This document shows positions 1 to 13,557 of a stretch of 64,000 nt of DNA, one piece after another; the first letter of the stretch is position 1, and each line of letters begins with the position of its first letter. The DNA comes from Lophium mytilinum (Eukaryota): contig MU004193.1 in NCBI GenBank assembly GCA_010093605.1, forward strand, positions 1,433,520 through 1,497,519, given 5' to 3'. The translations under genes and the position numbers were made by a program. Below the pieces are notes generated by a model. That model was not told the origin of the DNA. It ran no database searches and saw nothing but the letters and a program-made list of their open reading frames with translations.

Positions 1-3000
1 TGCCGTTCTCTGAAATCGGTTATCGGGAAGTGTGCCCGTGCGTGTCGAACTGCGTTCAAACATACGTTAGCCACTGGACGACACTCGATTCTAATATCAA
101 CACCTCCTGCTGACAGCCTGCCGGTGAAGATGACCGTGTTTCCTCCGAGGAAGCCGAAATGGTCTTGACCCACCAGCAGGGATGTAGCGTGCGAAGAGGA
201 GATCTCGAGACGAACCTTTTTCGGACCTTTCGGACGACAGCAAAGCTACGGATCGGATCCGAGTCCGAAGATGTCGTAAATCGTGAGGTTCGTTGCAGGT
301 TCTGCAGTTTTGGCGAAGCCTTGAGGACTTGACCGCTCAGAAGTAAGATTGAAGAGCTGTGTTAGAGAAAGTGATGATAGTCGAGACCAGTACCGTGAGA
401 GTGGACTGGAATATGCAGGACACACACATTGCTTCATACTCAGCGGTCTGCGAGTCGATTTTATACGTCTTTCCTCATGTCACAAGGACAGGAGCCTGCT
501 TCCGCTCCTGGCGTGTGTTGCAGTAGAGTCCAAGGGCTTGCCGCCCTCCCCTATTGGTCTTCCTTTTCTTCCTCTTTCTGATAGCTTCCCGAGTGCGTTG
601 CTCACATATGGCAAGACTGATTCATGTGCCGAGTGTTCAGCTCATTGGAGCCACAGCGTCGGGAGACGGCGCTGCTGGGGGTGCCAGAATGCAGGAAGCA
701 GGTGGCTTGACCGCTAGATACCTGTCCAAACATTGCCGCATGTCGGCCGCCGCCTTGCTGCACGATGGCGCATCCGATCAGGAGGGATGAGCCACTGGCA
801 CATTCCAGGCTTTCGGCTTCCCATCCACATGGAACCTTTTCTGCAGCTTGGGAAACGCCACCACCGTGTTGCCAATACCAACTTCAAGGGCCGCAGTTCC
901 TGGGGGTCCTCCTGTCCCACCAGCCCTCTGCGATGGGTTCCCTGTCTTATTGGTCTCATTGAAGCATTCCCTAGCTAACCCGAGTCTCTACTCAAGCTCC
1001 CAACTTTGTCGAATCTGGACACTTTAGATGGGGTGCTCACCCACTCAATAGAATCTGTCTTGGACTGATCCCTGTGACATCAAAATCCCAGCTAAACCCC
1101 GGACCAACCAGAGGGAACGCAGCAGTTTTTGTTCCCCCTGGGACTGCAGTATGGCTTCGCTATCCTGGCGACTTATCACCTACATGCAGACTTTAAGGCG
1201 AAAGCAACATGACAGGTCATATGGAAATCAATCTCTCACAAAACTCTCCGACCGAAGCTGGCCATTCAGAAACAGCCCCAATCTTTGAGACGACGGGAGC
1301 ACGCAAGAATACATTCTCTCCGAAGAGCTCATATCCGACCATTCTATGTAAAGCTCAAGACAAGCATTTTGACTTTGCTCTCAAGGTATTGGGGGTAATC
1401 GTAGCTCCTGCCTCACGTCCTCGCCAAACCGGGATTCATTATCGTTCCCTGCTATTTGACCGCCCTGCTTAACACGCCGTCCAGGGTAGTCGTACCTGTC
1501 TATGGCCCTTCAAGATGTGCCACGGTCTCGTAATAGCGTGGGTTGCATCATCTTGATCAGTCCGTCGCACCAGATCCATGACTGTGCAGCATGGGGACAG
1601 CAATCCGATTACCGAGCGATTGGGTCTAGGACCACTTTCCAGCACAGCGGTAAAATCGGTGTGGCAATCGCAAGATTTTCGCAAGGTCTCCGTCGTGGCC
1701 TACTGCATAGTCCCGTCTCAACTTAGTCTGGCTGACCCTTCCACTTCTCTCCTTTGGTTCACGGATGCAGCGATCATCCAGAATCTCCAGAGCGCCCACG
1801 AGCGACGTGGGTAACCCCACTTATCCGGAAATCCAACCTCAATTACTGGAATTGATGACTCCTCCACCGTGATACTGCACCTGATCACATTTCGTGAGGA
1901 TTCGCATCCAGGTCAGGTGGACGGCATCGAGCAGCCCACAAAACCGCCTCCACTTTCTATGTGCGCAGGCTTGAAAATAGACCGTCGCCTCTCTAGTGCC
2001 AGTTCAAGGGAATAAAGTCGAGGAGTGGGATTGAAGGAAACTTCCTCGCAGCAAACCCCACGAGGCAGCAATTTCTTTCCAACGCTATACTTTAGGATGT
2101 CAGTGGCATTCTTCATACTACCAAACCCGTCGTACTGTCCAAGCCACAGCTCCGGGGCTTAGCCCGATTTCTGAAGACTCTGCCATACACCGAGCACATG
2201 CACTCCTGACGCTGACCAGATATGGTACTCTTCAACTACTGGGACATCCCGGCTGCTTATCCACGGTGGAGGCTGTGAAGAAGTACGAAGATTTTGCTGA
2301 TTCCATCTTTAGAATCCAGAGCATTGCACGACACTGGTCTGAGACAAGAGTCACTTCTCCTGTGTTCTGCCCCTTTTCGAAGCTGTCGAGTTTAGTACCC
2401 CCTAAAATACTTGCTGAGAGGACAGATGTTCATAGCTGGGGCTTCTATATCTATTATTTAGGCCGCACTTTACACAATATCTCATGTTGTTCAATCGCAC
2501 GCGTGATCAGCGGAGGCTACCAATGATAGCCACCTGTGCGAATCTTAAACCTCGAGCTTTCATCTGAGGCCTTCCTGGATCTACTTATAATCGACCTGGA
2601 CTCGTCATCAAACCTGATTTGCGCCCCGTTGAGGCTGTCAATATCGCGACTGAGGAAGTGCGCCCTTCACTTCATACTATCTGTCTTTGATCTTTCCCGT
2701 TCGGAGCAACTCTGAGGTCTCTTCCGTGCCTCCAACCTCATTAGACTCGGGCCTGAACTAACACCTCCCAACTAGCATATGCTAATCTCAGACCGAGTTC
2801 GCGCATATTTTGCCTTGGGCCTGCGACTTAGCATCGCAATAAAAGCTTTAATGCTTTGTTCCACTTCAATGATATAGACATCTCAACGGTTGTCGCATCC
2901 AACACACTCAGTACCATTACTTAACTCATCCGGTCGAAGTGGATAGCTGAGACTTTCGAGACTATTTAATACTAATACCTACGAAAATGCCGTACTCCTG

Positions 3001-3623
3001 GAAGCATTCATCTCGATTTCGATACGAATGTAGCGATCTCGAATTATATAATTTACTGTACAAAACATTTAGTAGCTTTTGTCTCGAGCACCCAATACAA
3101 AGCTGAACACCCTACCATTTTGTGAGAGTACTGCGATCATTTGAAGAAAAATTATGCTTGATTGACTTGGGGAATCAGCCCTGAAATTGTCCAGGCTGTC
3201 CTTGCCGGAATTGACCAGGGGGGTGAACGCCATTTGTGCTTATGCGGAGGCGCAGAGGGCCGTGACCGCGCCGAGATGTTCAATGCTCCCGTCGTTTCCT
3301 CGTCCACTCGCTCAGAGGATTCAAACCGCTCGAAGGATTCTCCTTCCACATGCACATGGTGAATCGAGATGAATCTTGGAAGGGGTACCTAGTGAGTAGT
3401 GCCTTGGCGGGCCAAGAAGCGGGAAATGACTAGTGGCCAGCATTCATTCCCTCGAGCCTAAGAAGGGCAGCTCACCACCTCCACCTCGCTCCACTCCTAA
3501 GGCCGACGAGCTGCAATTAAGCTCTACCTCAATTAAGCTCTACCTACGCGACTATGCGACTCTAGGTTTGAGCGATGCGCCTCCTCTCCTTATCTCTTAC
3601 CGACTAGACATTCGTAGACCATA

Positions 3624-5498
3624 ATGGCGTTATCCATGACGGCGCGCATGTTCTCTGGGAGAGCGCTCCTCCGCCTCCTCGTGTTCCTTGCGATTGCATT
3701 TATATTCAGCTGTACGCTATTCATATGGTCGCATCCGATGATAATAAACTCCGGCGGCGCCTCTGTAATCTCCCACCACAATGCAGGTGGCGGCAAGAAG
3801 CCAGCGACGCACCCCATCGACACGTTGATCAAGAAGGCCGGGCGCGAATACCACCGTCTTATGGCAAAGGAGACCACCGACCTCGAATCCGCAGCGAAGG
3901 CATATCGGTACCGGAGAGGGCGGCATCCACCCCCGTGGTTCGACAAGTGGTTCAAGTTTGCGCAAGACCACGATGCCGTCATCGTCGAGGACTTTTTCGA
4001 CCAGATATACCACGACCTGGGCCCGTTCTGGGGGGTTGAAGCTGCGAAGATACGGACACAGGCGAAGAACTTTGAACAAGTGGTCAGTGTGCGGAATGGC
4101 ACAGCTTCGCAGAAGACGGACAAGCCGAGGGACTGGATGAATATATGGACCGATCTCACTTCTACGATTGCGGAATGGCTACCAGATATCGACGTTCCGA
4201 TCAACGTTATGGACGAGAGCAGGTTGCTGGTACCTTGGGATGATATCGATCAGTATATGAAGGCGGAGCGCGCGTCGCGGAAGATAGTCCCCAAGCCGGA
4301 GGTCATAACGGAATACGCTGGGCTGCAGAAGTTAGATGAGAATCCGGGGGAGCCATTCGATCTGGAGTGGCACGGTGGCAACTACTGGGAAAATGCGCGC
4401 GTTGGATGCGCTCCAGGATCACCTTCGAGGAATGTTGAGGCTGCGACCAACTTCTCTGGGCCTCCGCCTATGCCGCAAGGTTTTCCAGAACGATCCTATG
4501 AGGGATACGTCATGAACTGGACGTCCGCAAGGGATCCATGTCTCCAGCCTGATATCCGGGAAAGCCATGGAACGTTTGTGGAGCCAATCTCTCAGTCGAC
4601 ATCGAAGTTCCTGTTCCCCATATTCGGCGGGTCGAAACTGCCCATGAATAACGAGATTCTACTCCCACCGGCGATGTACTGGAGTGATGATCCATTTTAC
4701 TCTGGCGGCGAAGAAAGCCATGGAGGCCCTTGGGAAGAGAAGGACCCAGGCGTAATGTGGCGCGGGGCTGCGTCGGGAGGCCGTAACAAGGAAGACACCT
4801 GGACACGCTTTCAACGTCACCGATTCTTGAGAATGATCAACGGCACTGCTGTTCAGATGGCAGAGAAGCATAGCAATGGCGTAAGCCAGAACTTCGTACT
4901 GTCGAGCTACAGTACCTACCATCTGACAGCTACTTCTCGCATGGACCTCGGTACATGGCTGAATTCTATCGTTGATGCTGCTTTCGTCAGCCTGCTGTGT
5001 TTTCCCAACCCTGGAAATGAACACTGCTGGTATACGGACCCCTTCTTTCAGACTAAGCCAGGCAAGAAGATGCAGGAGCAGTATGCTTACAAGTACCTAC
5101 CTGATATCGACGGCAACAGTTTCTCTGGGCGCTACAGAGGCTTCCTAAGATCAACATCTCTCCCGATAAAAGCAACGATCTATAGCGAATGGCATGACTC
5201 CCGACTCGTCCCTTGGGTGCATTTCGTTCCGATGGATAACTCCTTCGTCGACATCTACGGCATCTTGGATTACTTCATTGGTACCGGAGTCGAGGAGAAA
5301 GACAAAAAGGGCAATGTTTTCGTCGAGGGCGCTCATGATGAGCAAGCCAAGGAGATTGCCTTAAAGGGACAGGAGTGGGCAGAGCGCGTCCTACGGAAGG
5401 AAGATATGCAGGTATATGTCATGAGACTCTACATGGAGTACGCGCGTATCTGCGACGATAATAGGGATCGATTAGGGTTCATTGGTGATATGGGATGA
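3624..5498 (+). CDS. Glycosyltransferase family 90 (Cap10/Cxt1-like beta-1,2-xylosyltransferase family), type II membrane protein
   Basis: Intronless 624-aa ORF with an N-terminal TM anchor (LLRLLVFLAIAFIFSCTLFIW) and GT90 motifs YRYRRGRHPPPWFDKWF, WRGAASGG, YKYLPDIDGNSFSGRYRGFL and SEWHDSRLVPWVHFVPMD. Confidence 0.9.
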   Translation: MALSMTARMFSGRALLRLLVFLAIAFIFSCTLFIWSHPMIINSGGASVISHHNAGGGKKPATHPIDTLIKKAGREYHRLMAKETTDLESAAKAYRYRRGRHPPPWFDKWFKFAQDHDAVIVEDFFDQIYHDLGPFWGVEAAKIRTQAKNFEQVVSVRNGTASQKTDKPRDWMNIWTDLTSTIAEWLPDIDVPINVMDESRLLVPWDDIDQYMKAERASRKIVPKPEVITEYAGLQKLDENPGEPFDLEWHGGNYWENARVGCAPGSPSRNVEAATNFSGPPPMPQGFPERSYEGYVMNWTSARDPCLQPDIRESHGTFVEPISQSTSKFLFPIFGGSKLPMNNEILLPPAMYWSDDPFYSGGEESHGGPWEEKDPGVMWRGAASGGRNKEDTWTRFQRHRFLRMINGTAVQMAEKHSNGVSQNFVLSSYSTYHLTATSRMDLGTWLNSIVDAAFVSLLCFPNPGNEHCWYTDPFFQTKPGKKMQEQYAYKYLPDIDGNSFSGRYRGFLRSTSLPIKATIYSEWHDSRLVPWVHFVPMDNSFVDIYGILDYFIGTGVEEKDKKGNVFVEGAHDEQAKEIALKGQEWAERVLRKEDMQVYVMRLYMEYARICDDNRDRLGFIGDMG

Positions 5499-5947
5499 AA
5501 GAGTACGAGGGTGTTGAGATTTATTTGATATTGCACAGATATGTACATATGAGGTTCTGGATACCCAATGTAATGAGATACGCTTTTTACCATGGAATGC
5601 TTGCGATTGATATATATATATTTCCCTGGTAAGCTGACGCTTACTGATATTCCGCCATGACGGTGTAAAGGGATTGGGTCGTATATTGGTGCCCTCTTCC
5701 ATAGCCCGCAGAGTGGATCTCAATTACTTTAGGTGGAGTTTCTCGGGGCTCCGGATAATAGAAGAATTGTTAGTATAGCGAATTGAAACATCTTGCTTTC
5801 TTGGAATAGAGACTGTGAGGTCTGAAACGAGTGCTCAGGCCTCCATATTTTATCTGCACGTGCTTGGGCAGAAACCTCAAACCTCGACCCACTACTGCAA
5901 GTCTCTAAGCAGCCCCTCCACCTCCAATTGGCACCTCCGATACTTGG

Positions 5948-8376
5948 ATGCCGTGTCGTATTACTCCATTGACCACGCGCACCAGGCGTCTCTTCAATTC
6001 TTTCACCCCCAATTTGCTGAGGCCGCTGGCGACTCACCAGCCTTTGACTCACAGCCCACCAACAAACTTTCTTAAAACGTCCTCCGTGCCCCTCCAACGC
6101 GTATTCTCCTCCAAACCACGCACACATATCCAACTTTTCGCAATGGACGTCTCCAAAGCGCAATCCGCGTCGGTCGACGACATCGCCGAGACCCTGAAGC
6201 AGTTCGGCCTCGATACTGTGCCCCATGCCCCGAATACCTTCCCCGCGCTCAACCCATTCGATGTATACCGATCGCATATAACGGAGCTGCTAGCGAAAGC
6301 GTCGGGTATTGACGCGAAGATTATATACCCGGCGCTGCAGTGGACGCAGACGCTGGAGAAGGGCGATTTGTGTATCCCAGTGCCCGCGCTGAGGGTGAAG
6401 GGCAAGAAGCCTGCAGACTTCGCGGCGGAATTGGCTCAGCTGGTACATATGCGTCTCAAACTATATGAGCCATCTCGCAGTATTCTGTATATATGAATTC
6501 CAGCTGCTAACCTGTTTATTGATTAACAGTTCCCCGAATCCCCCCTCGTCCACCCCCCCACTGCAAAGGACCAATACCTCCAATTCTTCTTCCGCGCCGC
6601 ACCCCTCACATCCCTCGTGCTCCCTTCTATCCTTAAAGCCGAGTCATCCTTCGGCTTCAACCCCTCCCTCGGCCTCGTGGACCCCTCCAACCCCTCCTCG
6701 CACCGCAAGAAGCTCATCGTCGAGTTCTCCTCCCCCAATATCGCAAAGCCCTTCCACGCTGGCCATCTCCGCTCGACAATCATCGGCGGCTTCCTCGCTA
6801 ACGTCTATGAGGGCGCTGGCTGGGACGTCATCCGCATGAACTACCTCGGCGACTGGGGCAAGCAGTACGGCGTACTGGCCGTCGGTTTCGACGAGTTTGG
6901 CAGCGAGGAAGAGCTAGTCAAGAACCCGATCGGCCATTTGTACGATGTGTATGTCAAGATTAGCAAGATCTCGGCAGAGGAGGCGGACAAAGTAAAAGCC
7001 CTAAAGGAGCAGGCGACAGCGGCAAAGGAGAAAGGGGATACGGAGGGCGCGGAGAAGCTAGAAAAGGAGTACACAAAGATTCAAGAAGATGGTGTGGATG
7101 AGCGGGCGAGGAAATATTTCAAGCGCATGGCGGATGGCGAGGAGAGGGCGCTGGGTATCTGGAAACGCTTCCGTGATCTCAGTATCGAGAAGTACAAGGC
7201 TACCTACGCGCGTCTAAACATCCAGTACGACGACTACTCTGGCGAGTCGCAGGTCAAGGAGGAGAGCATGGAAGCTGCGGCGCGAATCATGGCCGAGAAG
7301 AAGGTTAGCGAGGAGAGCGAAGGCGCTGTGTTGGTTGACTTGACGAAGTATAGCAAGAAGCTCGGTAAAGCGCTTGTGAAGAAGAAGGATGGCACGTCGT
7401 TGTACCTCACTCGTGACATAGGCGCCGCGTTTGAGCGTTTCGAGAAGTACCACTTCGATAAGATGATTTACGTGGTTGCGTCGCAGCAGGATCTCCATCT
7501 CGCGCAGTTGTTCAAGATTGAGGAAGCCATGGGCCGCAAGGACGTGGCGGACCGCTGCCAGCATATCAACTTCGGTATGGTGTTAGGCATGAGCACGCGT
7601 AAGGGGACTGCGAAGTTTCTAGATGACATCCTCAGGGATGTGGGCGAGAAGATGCACGAGGTCATGCGTGGGAACCAGGCCAAGTACGAGCAGGTGGAAG
7701 ACCCAGTCAAGACTGCGGATACATTGGGCATCTCGGCCGTGATGGTCCAAGATATGAAGGGGAAGAGGTATGTCTGCTCATTCAAAGCCCGTTTCCCTTT
7801 AGCCGATATCTCTCGTTTCTCCATTCGCATACTTCTCCACGGCACACCTTCTATCCATCCAAAATTTGTTTTCAAACATGAACAATATTGACATTAGCTA
7901 GGATCAACAACTACACCTTCGACATGGACCGCATGACCTCCTTCGAAGGCGACACAGGCCCCTACCTCCAATACGCCCACGCCCGCCTCTGCTCCATCTC
8001 CCGCAAAGCCGGCTTCTCCCCCGCCGACCTCGCCACCGCCAACCTCGCCCTCCTCTCCGAACCGCACGCCATCGACCTCGTCCGCCAGCTCGCGACCTGG
8101 CCCGACGTCTTCCTCAATACGGTCAAGACCCAGGAGCCCACAACCGTGCTAACCTACCTCTTCAAAATGGCGCACGCGCTGTCGAGTAGCTACGACCATC
8201 TGCAGGTCGTGGGGAGCGAGAAGGAGGTTAGTAAAGCGAGGGCGGCGCTGTACGCGAGCGCGAGGCAGGTGCTGTGGAATGGGATGAGGGTGCTGGGCTT
8301 GAGTCCGGTGGAGAGGTATGTGCTGGCGCGCTCTTTCTTGTGAGGTGACTGGTGCTGACACGTGTGCAGGATGTGA
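5948..8376 (+). CDS. Arginyl-tRNA synthetase (4 exons; in-frame starts at 5948 and 6143)
   Basis: Motifs VEFSSPNIAKPFHAGHLRS (HIGH-type), NYLGDWGKQYG, DGTSLYLTRDI, GMSTRKG and GDTGPYLQYAHARL. Introns read at 6443-6529, 7768-7901 and 8316-8369. A 7-nt terminal exon gives the canonical ArgRS C-terminus ...PVERM*. Confidence 0.97.
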
Positions 8377-11300
8377 GCGTTTCCGCCGACTTGGAAACGA
8401 GGGTTTCGAAATAGGCCGGGTCGTTGGCTACATAGACGCGGGTCTTTTCCAGCGGCATGGGCCGTGGACTACGATGGCTCGAGGGATGGACGGCGGCGGC
8501 TGGAGTCATGGTGTTTCGGAGGCATGATATCACGGGTGAGAAGACGGACACCGTCAAAGGGGAAAATAAGAGGCTCGGAGCCGACGGCCCGATAGCGACG
8601 GAGCATCGTGAGGTGAGGGGGCTGGGGGAGGCGTTTTCGGGATACCGCTACCGCCCACCTCCGCTCTTCCCGTGGATGATGGAATGATAGTAGAAAAAAT
8701 GATAAGCCGATTCTTTGCAAGGATGGTCCTGAGTGGTGTTCTTGTCGCCCAGTGTACGCGAGGTGATTTTGAAACTAAGGGTTTGAAGCTAGGGAAATGG
8801 GGTGGTGGGTGTCATTTTTTGCTGACTTGAGCACGTCGTGATGGCTTGAGGGGGTGGTCAAATGTGTACAGATCTGACTACTCGAAGGTAGCTTTCCAAA
8901 CGCGGAGAGGGGTTGTTGAGTAGCGCTTTTGGACGAGAAGAGGCAGTTCCGTACCGTATAACGTGGCCTGGAGGGCTATCAGGTCTAGCAAGCTTTTCGC
9001 CTGATACATTTAGAAATGCACTAGAGGACCTCGGACGGTGCTGAGCATGTGCACACACAAGTGGTGGTGGTCGATGACAGATAAGCGGCGTTGCTAATTC
9101 TATATTGAGGTCTAGAGCTTTCTTATTCGAGTCTAGATATCTCAGATCCGAGTACAGAGATGCCAGATTTGAGTTACGAGAATCCAGATCCAAGGTTTAT
9201 AGATTCAGAAAGTATGAAGTATTCCAAATAGTTAGCTATAGTTTTCAGGGCGCTAATCACTGGATTTGAAATTTGAAAAAACAGTGAAGAATGAAGTAAC
9301 GCTATTACCCGAGACGCAGCTTGGAAGACATACATGATCAGAAGAACTAACCCTTGATATTCCGCACCGTTAGGCATAAACATAAAGTAGACGTTGGGTT
9401 GAAACATCGCTCTTTCTGTTAAGTATTCAGTGTTGAAAGGCTGCTAGGCTGGCAAAATACATGTAAACATTAACCAGACGTAACGTCTAAGTTTAGGAGA
9501 AAGAAAAATCTCTTGTAAGTAAAAGGTTTCTTACTATCTTTGACAGAGGTAGAAAGCGCCGAGCGAAGCATCCGCTATAAACCTAGCTAGTCCCAGGTGA
9601 GATTTTTTAATACATAGCAAGCACATTCCAATGCGTCATGAAGATATTCAGCAAGATCACGAAAGAGCTTCTGGGTTCTTGAGCAAGAACGTATATTACC
9701 ACTTGTCCACATTCCACGGCCCTGATGAATGATGGAAGGAGACGGACCCGCTATATTCGTTAGTAAAGGGTGTGCACCTAGGAGTTAATGATCTCAAGCT
9801 AAATCCAACGCAGTATGGAATTACTCGCCCATCCCACCCGCACACGCCATACCAACCCCACTAACATCTGATGTCTAAAACCAAGCAGAATCCCACGATA
9901 CGGTGCAACGACATCAAGCATATCAACAAAAAGAAGCGGTAGCACGACATCCTGCGCTCGTGCTTTTTTGGACGTGTGGTGGTCGACACGTGCGCGAGAG
10001 GGTCTGCGGAGCGGAGTTCGTGCGGCGGCGGCGGGGGTCGAGATGGAAAATATCTGGACATCGTGAATTGATGTCTTCGTGCTCCTGCAGACGGCCCTTT
10101 TTGAAAATTGTGCGTGATGGCTCCCAGGCTGCGTTGCTGGTGGAGCTGATAGCGTCGTCGTACTACTGATTGCAGACATTCGGGTTTCGCTCTTTTTATG
10201 TCAGCAGTTGCACGAAAATAGCAAATCGCAAATACTGGGAATCAACCGCAAGGGCTTCGGGCCGCGTCAATCGCAGCTGTGAGCACTGCTCCGAAATCGC
10301 AACATCTGTGATACGCCGCAACGGGAAGCCGAATCCGTGATGCTGTAGGGTGCCAGGAGGAAAACTCTGTCGTGTGTAACGCCCGCAGGCGAGCCTGGTT
10401 GTCGGACTGTGAAGGTGGTACATATGTGTTTATGGTGGTGTGAAGGTTTACGAGGGATGGGATGGAGTGGTGGGACAGATCTTAGTGGGGCGGTGGAATG
10501 CAGGATATGAGACTTGCATTTGGGGTTGTACGGGTTGGATCAAAAAATCAAGGTGTTGTTAGAGGTCAGAAATGTGTTGAGGGGATCGATTTTGCTTCTT
10601 GCCTCTTTCTTCATGGAACAAATACGAATGCTGCTTGACTGGCTGTAGTACAGACGTGCCTTACCGCTTACTTCGCTTGCTAGTGCGTTGCAATGTTGCA
10701 ATTGATCAAACCTTCTCGGTGCGGTCTACGAAGTGGACATTGCTTTGCTAAAGTGATTTCCCGGATTCGACTGGCCAAGGTCAGGAGTAGGGATTCTGCA
10801 AACTTTGCAAACATCCGGAGTCGCTTGATTAGGAAAAGGCGCCACTGGCCGGTGTAGGGCATTCGAAAAAGCCTGCAGTCAGCCTCCACGTCGACACGTG
10901 GTAGTCAGTGGTCAAATGACATGCGTCCCTACAGCTGTGTGTTTGTGGAAGAGGACTACTGCGGTCACTGGTTACAGGTTTGACACCCCCGTCGTCAACA
11001 GTGGGACGGGAAAAATGTTGAGGGTCGAAGGACGCCCACGATCTCTCAGCCTCACTCCAGATCTGTGACGAGGATCACGGCTGGGTTCTTAGCGATGCTC
11101 GCCTTGACTATGCGAGTCACTGATTCGGGGCGGAGCCATTGACGGCGATCCAAGTTACGCGGCTCGGACCGCGAGCAAGGACGAAGAACTCACTCGCCCG
11201 GTTACACAGGATACAAGTGTTTATATGTCGTTGGAGGTGACTCTGGCTCGATGCGCTGTCCACGCGCCAGCGACACGGGCCGGGCACGCGGCCCGGCCAG

Positions 11301-13557
11301 TCAAGGCTCACTCGGGGCTCTCCCGGGCGTAGGAGTGGCGAGAGACATTTTACTAGCGCGCAAAGTCTGATGAAAGGAGTGGAGACTGTCTGTTGTTCCT
11401 GCAGCGCGATGACTAGACGCTCGCTGAGGCGGAACTGACGTGGCTGAAGTGTGTGGCCTGGCAGCGAAAAAGAAATTGACTGGATTTTGGACTCCGAGCC
11501 GCAATGATTGGACGCGGTGTGCTATTGGCTGGACGGAGAGTATTATTCGCGAGCTGAAGCGGCAACCAGCGCCCAAAGGAGCAACAAAAAGGGAAACACT
11601 TCGAGTGTCTTACAGGCTGGCATCTAGCAACAATTCATGAAAGGTTTTACCTACAGTGGATGTTTAAAATTGCAGCGATGGCGCAAACCGCTCGCGAGAC
11701 GCCGCTAGAGGGAGGGGCATACGGACCGTTATATGCACCTCGAAGATGTGGTTATTGGGCCCTCTGTAGAGCCCAATTGGCTCCACTTAGCCAGGCAGTT
11801 CGCAGCAAAGGGCGGTGAAGACGGCTCCCAGATGGTCGGGCTGGATTGCGAAAGAGAGCAGGCGGACACGCTGGAATACTCACTGCGGAATAACGAGGTG
11901 AGCAAGCGGACAATCCCGGATAATGTGAGCACAGCGACGCCTTCTACGGGCTTCTATTCGCCCATCAATGCGACGCAGAAGCACCAAGGGGGGTCCGCGC
12001 AAGGGATTGATGAGGGCCATCCAGGTCAAAGCTGGCTGGGTTCCCTCAAACGGACCAAGCAGCGCAGTCGAGTGTGTTGCGCATCGTGCATACACCCGAC
12101 CACCCTATCACGGCCTGGATAACGGCCATAGGGCACACCGGGGTCGCCATAGTGACGGCCGCCATCGTGATGTGAGTGCGGTTGAGCCTCTCCACACACG
12201 GCAGGTGGCCAGCGGACATGCTGCTCTGGCCATGGTAATGTCGATGCTGGAGGTGAGGCGTGCTGCTGGAGTGGCAGTGGTGGCACGTTGGTGGGCTATT
12301 TGCTTTTTCTCACCCACCTAGCGGAGTCGGCGTGGTGCATACGAGAGCGCAGCTCACCTCGCCCTGGGCCGGTAATTCTGCGCGCTCGAGGTCGGGGAGT
12401 CCTGGGAGGGCGACAGCCACCGCGACTGAGAGGCCGTCGGTATGTCGTGAGCGGCCCGTTAGACACGCTTTGGTCGCGAAGGAGCGTCGCGAAGAGCCAG
12501 TGCGGGCGCTGCGTCACCACACCTCCAGGCAGAGCCAATGGCCGATGATGTCTTCACAGCCTGCGACGGCCAGGACGGGCGTGGAGAGCGGAGGCGTATC
12601 GGGAGATGGGCGAGGCGAGGGACTCTGTAAATTGACATGTCTTGGCAGCATAACTCCTTCACAACGCCCGTCACAACTCCAGACAGACCCCGGATCACGC
12701 CTTCCACAATGGTCAAGCGAGTTTACGGAGTGTTTGGGATGGCAGGCGTGCGTTTCCTCTAGCAGCTTGGACGTGAGGGAAGCACTTGAAACCGCGTCAG
12801 ACGGATATGAACAGCGCCCGAGGGGGTCAAGCGCTACCACAGCGCTGCCATTTTACTAGCCCCCTTCCTGGCGATGCAGAGGAGGGCCTGGGAGGGGGCA
12901 CTGGGGCATTTAGAGCGCAGAGTGCTGCAGCCAGCCAGGCAACCTCGCGCCCGCCCGTGATGGCAGCAGAATTGGCCAGTGTCACAGGGCAGGTGGCACG
13001 CCTGGCACTGGGAGAACGGAGCCGGCATATATTCGCACGCCCTCTGGCCCTCGCTGGCTTCGCACTGTTTTCCTCATCGCCCGTTTCTGCGTGTGTCTGT
13101 GTGCCCCTTCACTTCCCCTCCGAAGTCCGTTCACGCGTTGGGCGTTAGTGATTGGAAGCCCTACCAACTGTCAACCCAAAGCCTTCAGGCCGCGACAGCT
13201 TACCTCGCTGCCAAAAATACTTAAGCACCATATGCGCCCAGCCTGACCCCCGACTCGAAAAAATTCCGTCGGCCTGCGAGCGAGACCACACCACGCTTTC
13301 TCGTCATACCCTCCGACGAGCAGCCTCCCCCCTCTTCAAGCATGGGCGCTCATCCGTAGCACCACCACTTCACACACACTTTTCAGGCCCCGCGTGCCAG
13401 GACTCAAGGCCCAAGTTCTCCCCGGCGAGCTACGGCGACTTTTGTGCCCCTCCGCGACTTATCGATATCACCACTCGCTCCGTTCCGCCATCCGGGCTAT
13501 CGCGAGATCCTCGCCCCTCACTACATCACCACCACCACCACCAAACCCCTCAACGCC

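Noticed and set aside
1..3400. Short ORFs and intron-like signals on the minus strand (e.g. GTATGA...CTAAC.CAG near 357-439)
   Set aside because: Stops in all frames I tried and no recognisable motif; may be a decayed gene but cannot be supported.
9468..9790. CATTAAC...GTTAATG inverted 7-mers resembling TTAA-type transposon ends
   Set aside because: The match does not extend beyond 7 bp; expected by chance.
9800..13400. Many overlapping 60-200 aa ORFs
   Set aside because: GC-rich intergenic/UTR-like sequence giving Arg/Ser/Pro-rich translations on both strands, with no domain or consistent exon structure.
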